The position numbers and the translations under genes are program-made. A stretch of 62,151 nt of DNA, the filler included, from Dugesia japonica (taxonomy: Eukaryota): the NCBI GenBank assembly GCA_001938525.1. It is 6 parts of 6 records of this genome, joined end to end, with 100 filler letters (N's around TTAATTAATTAA, not from the genome) between each part and the next. Parts side by side here need not be neighbours in the genome. Positions count along the whole stretch, not along the records: positions 23,712 to 33,495 come from MQRL01469306.1; positions 33,596 to 43,685 come from MQRL01642478.1; 4 more parts are not named here. One strand, 5' to 3'. Positions 27,020-38,019 of the stretch are shown here, piece by piece. Each line of letters starts with the position of its first letter. Position 1 is the first letter of the stretch. Under the pieces are notes generated by a model. It saw nothing but the letters and a program-made list of their open reading frames with translations. It did not search any database and was not told the DNA's origin.

Positions 27020-28251
27020 CATCTTTCAGTTCTTCAATAATCTTAAACCTTTTTCATATATTTGTGATATAACTGCTCTAATTGTATTAAAACTCGCATC
27101 TGTATCTAGTACAAACATCTTTTTGATATCTAGAAAACTCAATATCGGTGCTTTTGTTAATGCCTCTTTCATCTCATTAAAAGCTTTATCCCAGTTTTTA
27201 GACCTCACAAGTTTTGTATTATTACTTCCACATAGCTCTTCCAAGCTTCTACCTTTCTTTGAGTAATTATTGATAAACCGTCTATAATAATTGTATTTTT
27301 CTAAAAAGTTTCTCAAATTCTTCACAAATATAGGTCTTCCGAAATTTTTTATCGCTTCTATTTTTTGTGGATCGATTCGGACTCAATTTTTGTCTGTGAC
27401 ATGTCCTAAAAGTTTGACTTCTGCTCGTAATAAATGACAATTTTCTGGATTAATTCTCAATCCTGATTCTTGAACTCTTTTAAAACCTTGGTCTGAAATT
27501 CTATAATGCTGCTCTAAATTTTCTGAAAATATCAATATATCATCCATGAATACCATTGTTCCTCTAAATTTCCCTAATACTTTTGTCATTAATTCTTGAA
27601 ACGTTCCAGGTGCTGCAGCTATACTAAAAGGCATTCTTGTGAAACAATACTGTTCATTATTCGTAGAAAATGCTGTTTTTTCTTGTGAATCTTAATTTAA
27701 CGGAACTTGATAATATGCATTACTCAAATCTAACGTCTTTCCTCTCTTTTTTCCAAACACATATTAACGGAGTGTTCTATTGCGAATTAAACTTCCGAAT
27801 CATGCCATAGTCAAACAAATTCATGATAGCTTCATCGATCTTATTTTCTAAATGCATTGGTTGTCTCCATGGTTTCGTATTTATTGGTTCTCCATTTTTG
27901 ATTATTTGATGTTTTGCCATTGTTATTCTGCCGATATCCCAGTTGTCTGCCATTAAAATTCCTTTATAAATCTGTATAACGTTCTACAAATTCTCATTTG
28001 GTTTGTTAATCAATATTTTTATTGCTCTCTATACTCTCTCTTCATCTGTTGTACTTCGTCCATACTTTGCTTTTATATTACAAAGATATATTTCGTTGTC
28101 ATTACATTTAGTCTCTCTCAGAATTTGGAATCCAAACTGTTTCTGTAATTCTCTTTCTCTTATTAGATCTGAATTTAACTGGTTTGAATTTATTCTTGAA
28201 TTCCACTTCTACCTTTACCGTACCTACTATTCAAGTGTACTATGATTGGCA
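27020..28251 (-). mobile_element. Ty3/Gypsy element, 3' part (end of protease, RT, start of RNase H)
   Basis: ANHSTLE..GTVKVEVEF; DLSNAYYQVP; FTRMPFSIAAAPGTFQELM; VFMDDILIF; FVLDTDASFNTIRAVISQ. Confidence 0.9.
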
Positions 28252-28255
28252 GATC

Positions 28256-28399
28256 AGTAAATGGCAAATGACTAATTCCCTACAAGATTCTACCCTTTAC
28301 ATTCATTTACATGTTTAATACCTAGAAAAAGTAATATAAAATTTTGTATTATGAAAGTAAATTGTAAGACCAAGGGGAATTCGTCATTTACCATTTACT
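28256..28399. mobile_element. 144-bp cassette with AGTAA-terminated inverted repeats
   Basis: AGTAAATGGCAAATGACTAATTCCC (28256-28280) matches the reverse complement of 28375-28399 at 23/25. Confidence 0.8.
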
Positions 28400-28929
28400 A
28401 TTGTTGGTGTCTTGATATTTTGGTTTTCTGATTTTTTGATTTTAAAATAAAAAATAAAAAAACAAATACAAATAAAATATAAATAGATTTTTGTTATTTT
28501 ATTATTTTTATTATTTTAGTAACAGTACAGTATGGTATTACAGTACAGTATGGTATTACAGTATGTTATTACGGGATTACATTATGGTATAACGGTACAG
28601 TACCAAATATATTATTATAAAAATGGTTTTTAACAATACAAGTGAAGTAGAGCTAACTCAAAATGAATTTTATAAATTGTTAAAAAATTGTTAAAAATTG
28701 TTATTTTTTATTATTAAAAATAATGGAAGATATTTTTGAAGATATAAAACAAGATTTAAAATTATTTGAAGATAGAATTGAAAGTGAAGAGTTTGAAAAA
28801 TTAAATAAATGTGTTGAAGAAAAAATAAGAAGATTAATAGTTTTGAAAAAAACCGAATAAGATGAAAAAATAAAATAATGTTAAAAGATTAAGAAAACTA
28901 AATGTTATGATAAAAAAATTTTATAAATT

Positions 28930-29163
28930 TTGTTTTTATTATTTTTTAAAAATATAATAAAATTTTTAAACAATAAAAGGAAAGAATATACTTGTAATAA
29001 TTGTAAAGAAAAATTTGATGGTAAAGTTAATTTATATAAACATTTAGATTGGACCCATTGGGATTCTAAAACATGTAGAATTATTTTTAATTTTGAATGG
29101 GAATGTTATTGTCACCAAAAATTTAAGACTACTAAAAATAAATTTGTCTTAATACACCAATAA
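28930..29163 (+). CDS. Small C2H2 zinc-finger ORF inside the mini-element, probably truncated
   Basis: YTCNNCKEKFDGKVNLYKHLDWTH. Confidence 0.5.
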   Translation: MFLLFFKNIIKFLNNKRKEYTCNNCKEKFDGKVNLYKHLDWTHWDSKTCRIIFNFEWECYCHQKFKTTKNKFVLIHQ

Positions 29164-29302
29164 ATACTTATAAATAAAATTACACCACCATATGTTGTTT
29201 ATACAAAAGAGAACAATGAAGAACTTCATGAATATTATGTTAAAAATTTATATATTGGAATCATCATAATAATTAGTTTTTGTTTTTATTTCAATAAAGA
29301 AA

Positions 29303-29704
29303 ATGGATACAACAAAATTAAATATTGATAATAATATTAATTTTCAACACTTTCCTCTCAAAAATGATGTTTTAAGAATTTCACCTTTATCTGGATCAAT
29401 TAATAATTTAATGTCTTCTGGAGATATAGTTTTTAAATCTTTACAGTCTTTAAATCCATTAGACATTTTTAATTCAATGTTATATTTTAAAGTTACATTA
29501 GAATTTGATGCAGCAGATGTAAATAAAGATAAAATAACTTTGGAAAATAATTGGTTTCTAAGTTTATTTAAATCAATGAGATTAACTTTAGGATCTTCAG
29601 ATGTGGAAATAATTAATGATCCTGGAATATCGTCAACAATGTTGAATTTAATAAGAACTAATGAAATTCATAAAAATATATACTGTCATTTGGTTTTTGA
29701 ATAA
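29303..29704 (+). pseudogene. N-terminal fragment of a Polinton/adintovirus major capsid protein (double jelly-roll)
   Basis: GDIVF...LDIFNSMLYFKV...LENNWFLSLFKSMRLTLGSSDVEIINDPGISSTM matches the family pattern NN...LF..IRYELNG.EI....GITST; truncated at 133 aa. Confidence 0.7.
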
Positions 29705-29779
29705 TTTGTTTTTTACTAGCCATTTTTCCAAGTAATAAAATAATAAAATAAAATAATCTTTATAGTTTTTTTGAATAGT

Positions 29780-30120
29780 ATTTTCAATTTGTTTTAAAAA
29801 AATCTAAATCTCTTATTTTATTATAATCAGTTTTTGGTTTATAGGTTAAATTAGGATTTTGAATTTGATTTATATTTTTCTTTTGAATTTGCTGCTTTTC
29901 AAACCGCTTTTTAAAAGATTCATATTGTCCATTAATATATCGTTTTAAGTTTTTAATCTTGGTTTTTCTATTATAAGGAATATTAAATTCTCTTAAATAT
30001 TTTCTTACTGTTTTTTCATTTACATTATTGTTTAGAAAAAGCTAAAATTGAACTTTCAATAAAATTATAACTTTTTAACAATTTATAAAATTCATTTTCA
30101 GTCATATTGTTAGAAACCAT
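29780..30120 (-). pseudogene. Small frameshifted gene with a helix-turn-helix-like motif, starting inside the right TIR
   Basis: MVSNNMTENEFYKLLKSYNFIESSILAFSK, then after a frameshift NNVNEKTVRKYLREFNIPY; the left TIR holds the paralogous start MVFNNTSEVELTQNEFYKLLK. Confidence 0.45.
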
Positions 30121-30221
30121 TTTTTTAAAAATATATTTGATAATATACCGTTATACCATACTGTATTGTTACTGTACTGTTCCTGTTACTAAAATAGTAA
30201 AAATAATAATAAACAAAAACC

Positions 30222-30452
30222 TGAGTAATAGTGATAACTACGAATGTGAGCCGATCTTTTTTGGTTTACTAGATGTGCACGTTTATTTTTATTTCAAAGC
30301 CGCGAACTAAATACTTCCACAAGCCAAAAAACAAAAGCCGTAGTTTGTTTTTATTCTCAACTCTGTTCTACTGGTATCAAACTTTGGTCCACTGGTATTC
30401 TCTTATCATTATAGTGGTTTCGGCTCATATTTGTAGTTATTACTATTACTCA
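30222..30452. mobile_element. 231-bp cassette with 33-bp inverted termini, (TG)AGTAATAGT...
   Basis: TGAGTAATAGTGATAACTACGAATGTGAGCCGA (30222-30254) matches the reverse complement of 30420-30452 at 30/33. Confidence 0.8.
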
Positions 30453-31900
30453 CATCTTAAATTGTCTTTTTTTTTATAATATATTGACTTTCCACAATCT
30501 TTCCAAAATTCTTAAACTCATCACATTAACTCTTGCTCTAGTGTCTAACAAGCAATCAACTTTTATGCCTTGTATTTCAACAGTTATACTTGGTCTACCT
30601 TACATCTAGTCATAACTTATCTCTTGTCGCTTTATCTCTTCTATCGTCAGAATTTCACTGTCATCTTCTCCATTTATATCATTGATCATCTCTGGTGGGC
30701 CTCTAATCAATTCTTTCTTTACAAACTTGTAAACGTTTTCTTTGACATCATTGTACTCATCTACTCTTTTATCTTTGTTTCTTATATTTATATCATTATT
30801 TATACTACTTTTACTGTAATTAACAATACAGAGATTTTATGGGATACTTAATTCAACTGGCAATCTCGATATAGCTTTGCCATTTGGGTAATCATCTTTA
30901 TAAATATTTGATCCTTCATAACAAAAGTGGCCTTTGTCTTCTCTACATACACAATCTTTTCTATTTTCCTCAATTAAATTAACATGACTTCCACTCTTTC
31001 TTGCGTAGTTTTTCGTTTTATTCGAATAATATCTTTGTTTGTTATTTCCGAATACTTTTCTGGTCTGTATACTTTTATTCTGATAACTAAACTGTCTGTT
31101 CATATTTGTGTAACAGTCCTCTGTGTGGTCACCTTTTTTGTTGCATCTTGAGCAACTAACTTTAGTAAAGTCTCTTCTTAGGTGTTGTTCAGATTCACAA
31201 ACAACTCTTTTCTTTCTTTCTTGACAATTTCTACTTACATTACCTATTTTGTTACAGGTCCAACACGTTATTTCTCGTCTTTCGTTGTTTCTGTTCTGTT
31301 GCATTCCTTAATTTCGACTCTTGCTGAAATTTGTTTGTTCTGGACTTCGGTGAACTGCATCTCTGTAATTACGAACTACACATATTTCTTCAGTTTTTAT
31401 ATTGTCTTTTATAATTTTCCCGCTCTTTTATTGTTTTAAATAAATCGTCTACTTTTTCTAGTTTTTCTGATTTGATTTTATTTTTAATCTTTCTGTCATT
31501 GCATTTATTCATTATTAGCTCTTTTCTTAAGTCCTATTTGTTCTATTTTTGAGCCATTAACATTTCTACTAATCCTTCAATCTTCTTGTTATAAATATTT
31601 ATATGCTCTTTATTCCTTCGATAATTTAGAGCTTCCTTCATATCTTTAATCATTTTTGATGGCCTAAAGAAAGCCTTTTTGAATCTTCTTTCAAATCCCA
31701 ATGATTCGTCTTTATTTTCATAGATTTCACGCAGATCTTTATTTATGAAAGCANNNNNNNNNNNNNNNNNNNNNNNNNNNNNNNNNNNNNNNNNNNNNNN
31801 NNNNNNNNNNNNNNNNNNNNNNNNNNNNNNNNNNNNNNNNNNNNNNNNNNNNCGTTGGTCGCCATATTAGTTAAATTCAAAATCTGACAACTCTCCATAA
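30453..31900 (-). mobile_element. Ty3/Gypsy element, 5' part (gag with zinc knuckles and start of protease)
   Basis: CWTCNKIGNVSRNC; CSRCNKKGDHTEDC; IKVDCLLDTRARVNVM; ends at ...DNLRC, which continues at 28251. Confidence 0.9.
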
Positions 31901-32466
31901 ATTTGTCTTTATTATTATAAGTGTTTTTTGATTAAAACAAAAAAAAACTTGAAAAATAATTCATTGTATTCAAACAAATAATCTGAGAAATTTTTCATTA
32001 AAATATTTTACAAATATCGATTTTTCAATTTTATGAAATATTTTACTTTACATAATAATTTCATAAAATAAATTAAAAATATCGATTTTTAATTTTCTGA
32101 AATCTTTTATTTTACATGTTTTAAAAATAAATTTTAATATTATATATAAAAATTAAAACAAAATTTCTCAGATATTTAAATCTATGAATTATTCTAACAC
32201 TTTACATGAAAGCAAATTTTAATGGGTATATTATATATTTTCTTAAAAAATATTTAACTTAAAAAAATTAATCATTAAAAAAACATAATAAAATAAAAAA
32301 CCTAACATGAATTTACATTCATTATATTCCATAATCCAGAACCTCGTCCTTCAGTAACAAATCAATTCTAAATTAATAAAATTACTTAATTAATAATAAA
32401 TAATAACAAATTTACCGTTTTCATATTCGAATTATTATTTCTTCCAATTTGCCTGTGTTTTGTTCA

Positions 32467-33020
32467 CCTAAATTAATAGTACTGTTCTGTTGGCTTTAAT
32501 CTGAATTTCTTTTACAAATACTCCATAAATTATAAATATTTCTGATGTTGTTAAAGCTTTTCTTGTTGAGGTAATTGACTCTGATTTATATCAAAATCAG
32601 GAGCAAGAACAAATGTAAAGAAGGGATAATTGTCCTTAAAATCAAAAGGTTTTATTCCATAATGCAGATTATTATCCAAATATCCGATATTTTTTACTCT
32701 AGATCAGCGGTTCCCAACTTTACTAGTGCTGTGACTCCTTGATACCATTTCCCAAGTTGTGGGACCCCTACGATAAAATTAATTGGGTTGCTCCTCTTTC
32801 ACCACATTTTTGCAGATAACTATTATGTATTTAATTTCAAAAAAACTAGTCAATTTTATAGCCAAATCACAGTAGATAACCTTCAAAGTAGAAGGTTTAA
32901 AAATTTTACAAAAAATACATTTTACTATTTTAAAAATTAATTTTCAGAAGGTTGGGAAACGCTGCTCTAGATTGCATATATTTTGTGGTAATTATCGTTG
33001 TCAAAATCTTGAGTATATAT
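32467..33020 (-). pseudogene. C-terminal fragment of a Polinton major capsid protein, split by a hAT MITE
   Basis: YTQDFDNDNYHKIY, then past the MITE KNIGYLDNNLHYGIKPFDFKDNYPFFTFVLAPDFD...ALTTSEIFIIYGVF..EIQIKANRTV; compare FDLTPD...IVYAEF...IEID..RNV. Confidence 0.65.
32705..32964. mobile_element. Non-autonomous hAT (Charlie-like) MITE, 260 bp
   Basis: TIRs CAGCGGTTCCCAAC / GTTGGGAAACGCTG; perfect 8-bp target-site duplication CTCTAGAT (32697-32704 and 32965-32972). Confidence 0.92.
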
Positions 33021-33240
33021 TTGAACTCCTATGATATCAAAAATTTACAATTACAATAGTTAACAATTGTCGTAAATATACTAGTTTCAATTAATTTGTA
33101 TGAATTAGCAAAAATTGTCAACTTTTGGTTTGAACGCAAATTTTTTACTGCTTTAACACTAGTACAATATGACCATTTATATGTAAATGTGTTCTCAACA
33201 GGACAACTAGTAACAGTAAGACTTAAAAATTTTTTTCAGA
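33018..33240 (+). pseudogene. Second, 5'-truncated copy of the TBP-like gene
   Basis: IKNLQLQ*LTIVVNILVSINLYELAKIVNFWFERKFFTALTLVQYDHLYVNVFSTGQLVTVRLKN is homologous to 9050-9270; the downstream flank CAAGTACAA.TCAAGTAC is also shared. Confidence 0.8.
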
Positions 33241-33495
33241 TTTATTAAATTTGATTGAAAAAATTTAGGAAATTAACAATACAGATGCATTACAAGTACA
33301 AATCAAGTACGAAATGTATTAATTTAAATCAAGATATTTACTAGATCGAGTAAAAAGTTCCCTGAAACTTTTTATTTTGTTTATTTTAATTTAAAAAAAG
33401 CAGTGTTATTTTCAAAAATTTGTATTATCTTTTTTTTTATATTAAGTAAATTATTATAGATTGAATTTCAAAAAAATATTGATCCTAGAAGCACG

Positions 33496-33595
33496 NNNNN
33501 NNNNNNNNNNNNNNNNNNNNNNNNNNNNNNNNNNNNNNNTTAATTAATTAANNNNNNNNNNNNNNNNNNNNNNNNNNNNNNNNNNNNNNNNNNNN
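33496..33595. other. Artificial contig linker
   Basis: Same N44-TTAATTAATTAA-N44 spacer. Confidence 0.95.
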
Positions 33596-35099
33596 AAATT
33601 GGATAATTACCAAAGTGAAATAAAAAGAATCAAAACAACATTTAGATTGAAGCTTTAGTTGGGTTACTAGGCTTTTTGACGTTGTTTTAATATTGTTTCT
33701 ACTGATCTTTAATATTCATCACTCGATCACCATTTTTTCTTTTCTTAAGTATCATTTCTGTCTGGGAGATGATACCTAGTAACCACAGAAATTTGCGTTG
33801 CTTTCTCCAGCAACACGAATCCCCATTCCCGGATTCAGCGGGAATATGCTGTATCCCGTCTTAGGTTTCAATTTCTATTTTACCCGGCTCTCACCTTGTT
33901 GATGTTATTAGCTCCTATTAATTATTAATGCACTCTCCAATTGTAACAATTTATACAAACGCTTTATTTCCAAATACAACTATTTATTCGTCGATGTTAA
34001 TGATCTCTTTCTCTTTGCTGGTTTCCTTTGCTTNCTTTGACACTTGTGAACCGTTGCTATCAGGACTCCTTCTCGATCTGCGTATGCCTTAATAATAATA
34101 ATATTGCTTGACACAACTGTGATAGCGCCAGATCTCCTTCCTTCAATTTGCCAACTTTACCTCTGAGTTGTGCATTCTTATATTGCAATTATGTGATCTC
34201 ATTATTTAATTTCTTCTGTATTGAGCACCATTTTGCTCTGATATTTGCCATAGACGTGTCAGTTAGTTTCTTTGCCTCGGACACTGGAATCATTGAGAAT
34301 TAAAATTATATAGCTTTAATAATCTTCACATAATCATATTATTAAATTTAAAATTCTTAAGAAAATTCATTATTGTTAACGACCCCAGCTTCACTTTATA
34401 AATCATTTTTATCTATGTTTAGCACTCTCAATTAGTGATTTACTGAACAAGTGATAATTTGAAAGAAGACATTTCATGAGAAAAATTATAATGACTTTTA
34501 ACACAACTTTAGACATCGGTCACATGGACATCAAATGTCTCGTCTAATGGTAATAATATTTGTTGTAGACTGGCTTCAATATTCTTTGTTACGAAACCGA
34601 ACAATTTTGCATATTCGTCCGCCTCTGTTTGTACTTCTTACATCGAAGAAATTAGGTGCTGTCTCGATCCTTAGAGTTCCCTGGTGCGAGTTAGTGCGAC
34701 ACTAACTCCTTCTCTCGTTGTTCCTGTCCAGTGGTCAGTTCTGCAATCCGATGTTCCTGTTAGTCCACTTTGAGTTGTAGTTGGTCGGTGCGAACCAGCT
34801 CATCCGCGTGTTGTTCTCTCTGTTGCAGTAAGGCTGTCTGTAACAGCCTTTTCTCCTCCTTCTTTGAGCGTATTCGTTCCGGCGTGATCCATCATGGATC
34901 TACATCTGTGCCATTCAAACCGAGCAAATCCCATAAAGTAGGTATTTAATTTAATGTGTAAAAATTGACAGCACGGGTGCTAATTTCACCCTACATATAT
35001 CATTGTTTACTGTTTATATTAAGGTGAAAAAACTTAACACGTAAGGTGTCACAGTTTACATTAAAGTGTAAAATTTCACAGCTACTGTGTGGTGGCATC

Positions 35100-37980
35100 C
35101 TTTGTTCCAGTCTACCCGTAACCATCTACTGATAACTAATATTGGATTTGATGTAGTACTCATTGCTACTCAAGAGGTTTCTAACAGTTTTAAGGCTTAG
35201 TATCGCAGTAGAGAAGAGTTCTATAATTTTGTAGAAATAGGCCATGAGATGATCTTCCAAGAAAGGGGACAGTGGAAGAGATTCGTGAGTTGTCGGTCTA
35301 CCATCATCTGTAGAGATGGATTGTAGTTAAAATCCGCCACCCTTATCACCTTTAATTTTAGGAGGTTCATCCGATTATAATGATTCCGGTTTGTAGATTG
35401 ATATTTGTAATGAATGTTGATGTCAATGAGTGGGTTTTTTGCACAGAGTAATTATATATACTTGCAGACTATGGGTCCACAATCATCACCGTTGGATTGG
35501 AGTTGATGATGGGTAGATTTCCTTATAAAAAATCGTTATACTATTGCCAATATGTTAGATTGCCAGTTTGGCTTCTTTCCTGACTTCAGGATCTTTCACG
35601 ATAGGGTCTATGATAATAGCAATGAGGTTTTCGATAAAGATTAAGGCCCAGTAGTTCTTATTAACATGCAGAATCTCAAAGATCATTTTTGAAGGTTTAT
35701 AACATCTTATTTCCATATCGCGGAAACCGGTTGGCTGTATCTGATGGCTGATTGTTTTGCCCAAAGTGTAATAATGGTAGCTGTGTTTGAATCGATAAAA
35801 TTCAGAGTGAACGCTTCTATCTGCTCATCACTGAGCCAGAGATGATGATAATCATCAGGTGTCTTCTTCTCTATAGTCTGGTTCGGACTGATAGTGATGC
35901 CAGACCGCCAGTTTCCAATTGCATCTGATTCGTTATCTCTGCTTCTGGTATGGTGTGCGATACAGCTCGAATTTAGGTCTGTTAAAGCATCTTCTTCAGT
36001 GAGGTCAATCAAATAATCAGTAGAATTATTGTTAAGATCTTGAATCTCATGGATGATAACTGATGGTTTCTTAGGGGATTGAGTTGAAGTGATTAAAGAG
36101 AACTAGAGATTGATAGGATTTTCTTTATGACTATGAGAAGGAGAGAGAGTAAAGTGTGAATTGGTATTGGAAATAGTTGTTTTTTGAATAATTGAAGATT
36201 TTTTGTGATGAATGACGTTCGAGCAATTTTTGATTTCAGATGAGAGAGTGAAATTGGCGGAGATAGATATATCTGGTAGATTGGTGAGAGAATAAACACT
36301 AGGCAAACATGTTGGTGTTGACGAGATAGCTTGATTTTCAGTGAGAATGAAGTTTAAGGCTTGACAAGAGGTGATAGAGGGACTTTGATTTGCGTTCAAA
36401 TCTCGCCTAACAGAAGTAGAAGAATTGTTTTGAGATTTACGGAATACTGCAGTATAGATGAGTTCACGGATGAGCAGATTATCAGACGATATTTAAGACC
36501 TTCCATCGTTTCAAACTTTAACAATTGCAGTTTATGAAGACTTCAAAAATTGTTTATCAGGCGAAGATGAGCCGTGGTTTTCGATTTTGCTTCATTGGGC
36601 TCGTGTGTCTGAATAAGAACCTCATATTTGCTATAGAATTTGAACTTTTGCTTTTGAATAAATGAAGCGATTTTGTTGTCACACTTACGGCACCGACCTT
36701 CAATTTTGTTTATAATGTAGTAGAGTTTTTGTGTTGACATGATCTTAAAGGTTGGACGCTTCTTGGTTGGATTCTGTTTTGATTCGGGTGGATGTTGTTG
36801 ATATTGCAGTAGTGAATTTGACATGTTTTCTTCTAGAATATTAGGTGAATTTGCTTTAGTCTGAGTTGAGTGCATTGTCTGAGAGGAATTGTTATTGCTA
36901 TTACATTTTAGCAATCTCTGGTAAATAATTTCTTTAACGAGAGTGGTTTCAGAAAGATTGAGACATGAAACCGTTTCGCAGAGTTAGTCAAGTAATCGTC
37001 AATACAAAATGCTGAGATTAGACGTGTTGGTAGCTAGTTTTGATTATTCAAACGCCAAAGCTTTGTTAGTTTGTTTTTGAAGAAAGTTTAAAATTTTGTG
37101 ATCCCGGTTCCATAATAAATGCTTAAGAATATTGGCCAGATCCTTGTTTTTAGAATAGATGATCGTGAGATTATCTTCAATGTTTTTATAGAAATTGTCA
37201 AAGGAAGTATATACTGATGAGTGCTGTCCAGGTTTATTGATCACAGTGTTGGCATCATGATTGCTTTCAACTTTAACAACCATGTTGAATGAAAGATTGT
37301 ATTTTGCTGTTGAAGGTATGATAGTTCTGTCTGCAAACTGGTTTTCGTTAATTGAATAATCGCATGTTTTCTGCAATTTCTAGCTTTGTAGCAAATGTTT
37401 TTGTGTTAAAAGCATATTTCATATTTGTAAGCTTCTGGATTGTAGAAGTGGCACGACTGGTTGCAAAAACGGGCATTAGAACCAAACTTAATGTGATAGG
37501 AACATAAATGGTTGCTGGTATTACGTGATTGACCTTCATTTTTATTTGGATTAGCAGGTGGTGAGTTATTATTAGATCTCAAAGTCCTAGAATTTTGCTT
37601 ATCGGATTCATTTAGATGATCATTTTGAGAGAGTTGCTTTGAATTTTGAAGTAGGTGCACGGTTTTTTGCACTTTTTAGCTAGATCATTATATTTCTTAC
37701 CATAAAAACATATATCGCTTTTAAATTTTCAGATATGGTAAAATTTCTAAAATTAGTAAATAATTCATTTGTTTCTATGTATAAAGGTTATTATCCAAAA
37801 CATTGGAATAATTAAAATTTGAATCCCGAATAGAATTATTATTAATTAAAGTTTCAGCTTTATTCGGAAGTATTTCAGGATTTAAGTGAGATTTATCATC
37901 TAGTTATTCATTATTAATTTCACAATTGCTTTTATGAGTTACAAATGTAGTTTTTATAGCATTTTGATTATTAATTTCAT
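35100..37980 (-). mobile_element. 5' part of a NeSL-like non-LTR retrotransposon: three Cys/His knuckles, Ser/Thr-rich linker and Ulp1 (C48) protease, pseudogenised
   Basis: WLSDEQIEAF...ILHVNKNYWALIFI...IIDP...QLQSNGDDCGPIVCKY is a Ulp1 signature (catalytic His reads Tyr here); NeSL-clade elements are known to carry Ulp1. Confidence 0.7.
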
Positions 37981-38019
37981 TATTAAAAGCCGATAGTATA
38001 AGATCAATAGTAAATGAAT

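Larger units (their letters stand above)
28488..30219. mobile_element. ~1.7-kb Polinton-derived mini-element with imperfect terminal inverted repeats of ~150-200 bp
   Basis: 28488-28686 mirrors 30072-30219 (shared blocks TTTTAGTAACAG, TATGGTATAACGGTA, AAAATGGTTT.TAACAATA, AAATGAATTTTATAAATTGTTAAAAA); encloses a capsid fragment. Confidence 0.8.

Noticed and set aside
30222-30452. Solo LTR interpretation (TG...CA ends)
   Set aside because: 33-bp inverted termini are long for an LTR and there is no 4-6 bp TSD; reported as an IR cassette instead
31853-31864. PBS-like TGGCGACCAACG on the minus strand
   Set aside because: Could equally be gag coding sequence (NMATN); it sits beside an N run and no LTR end is evident
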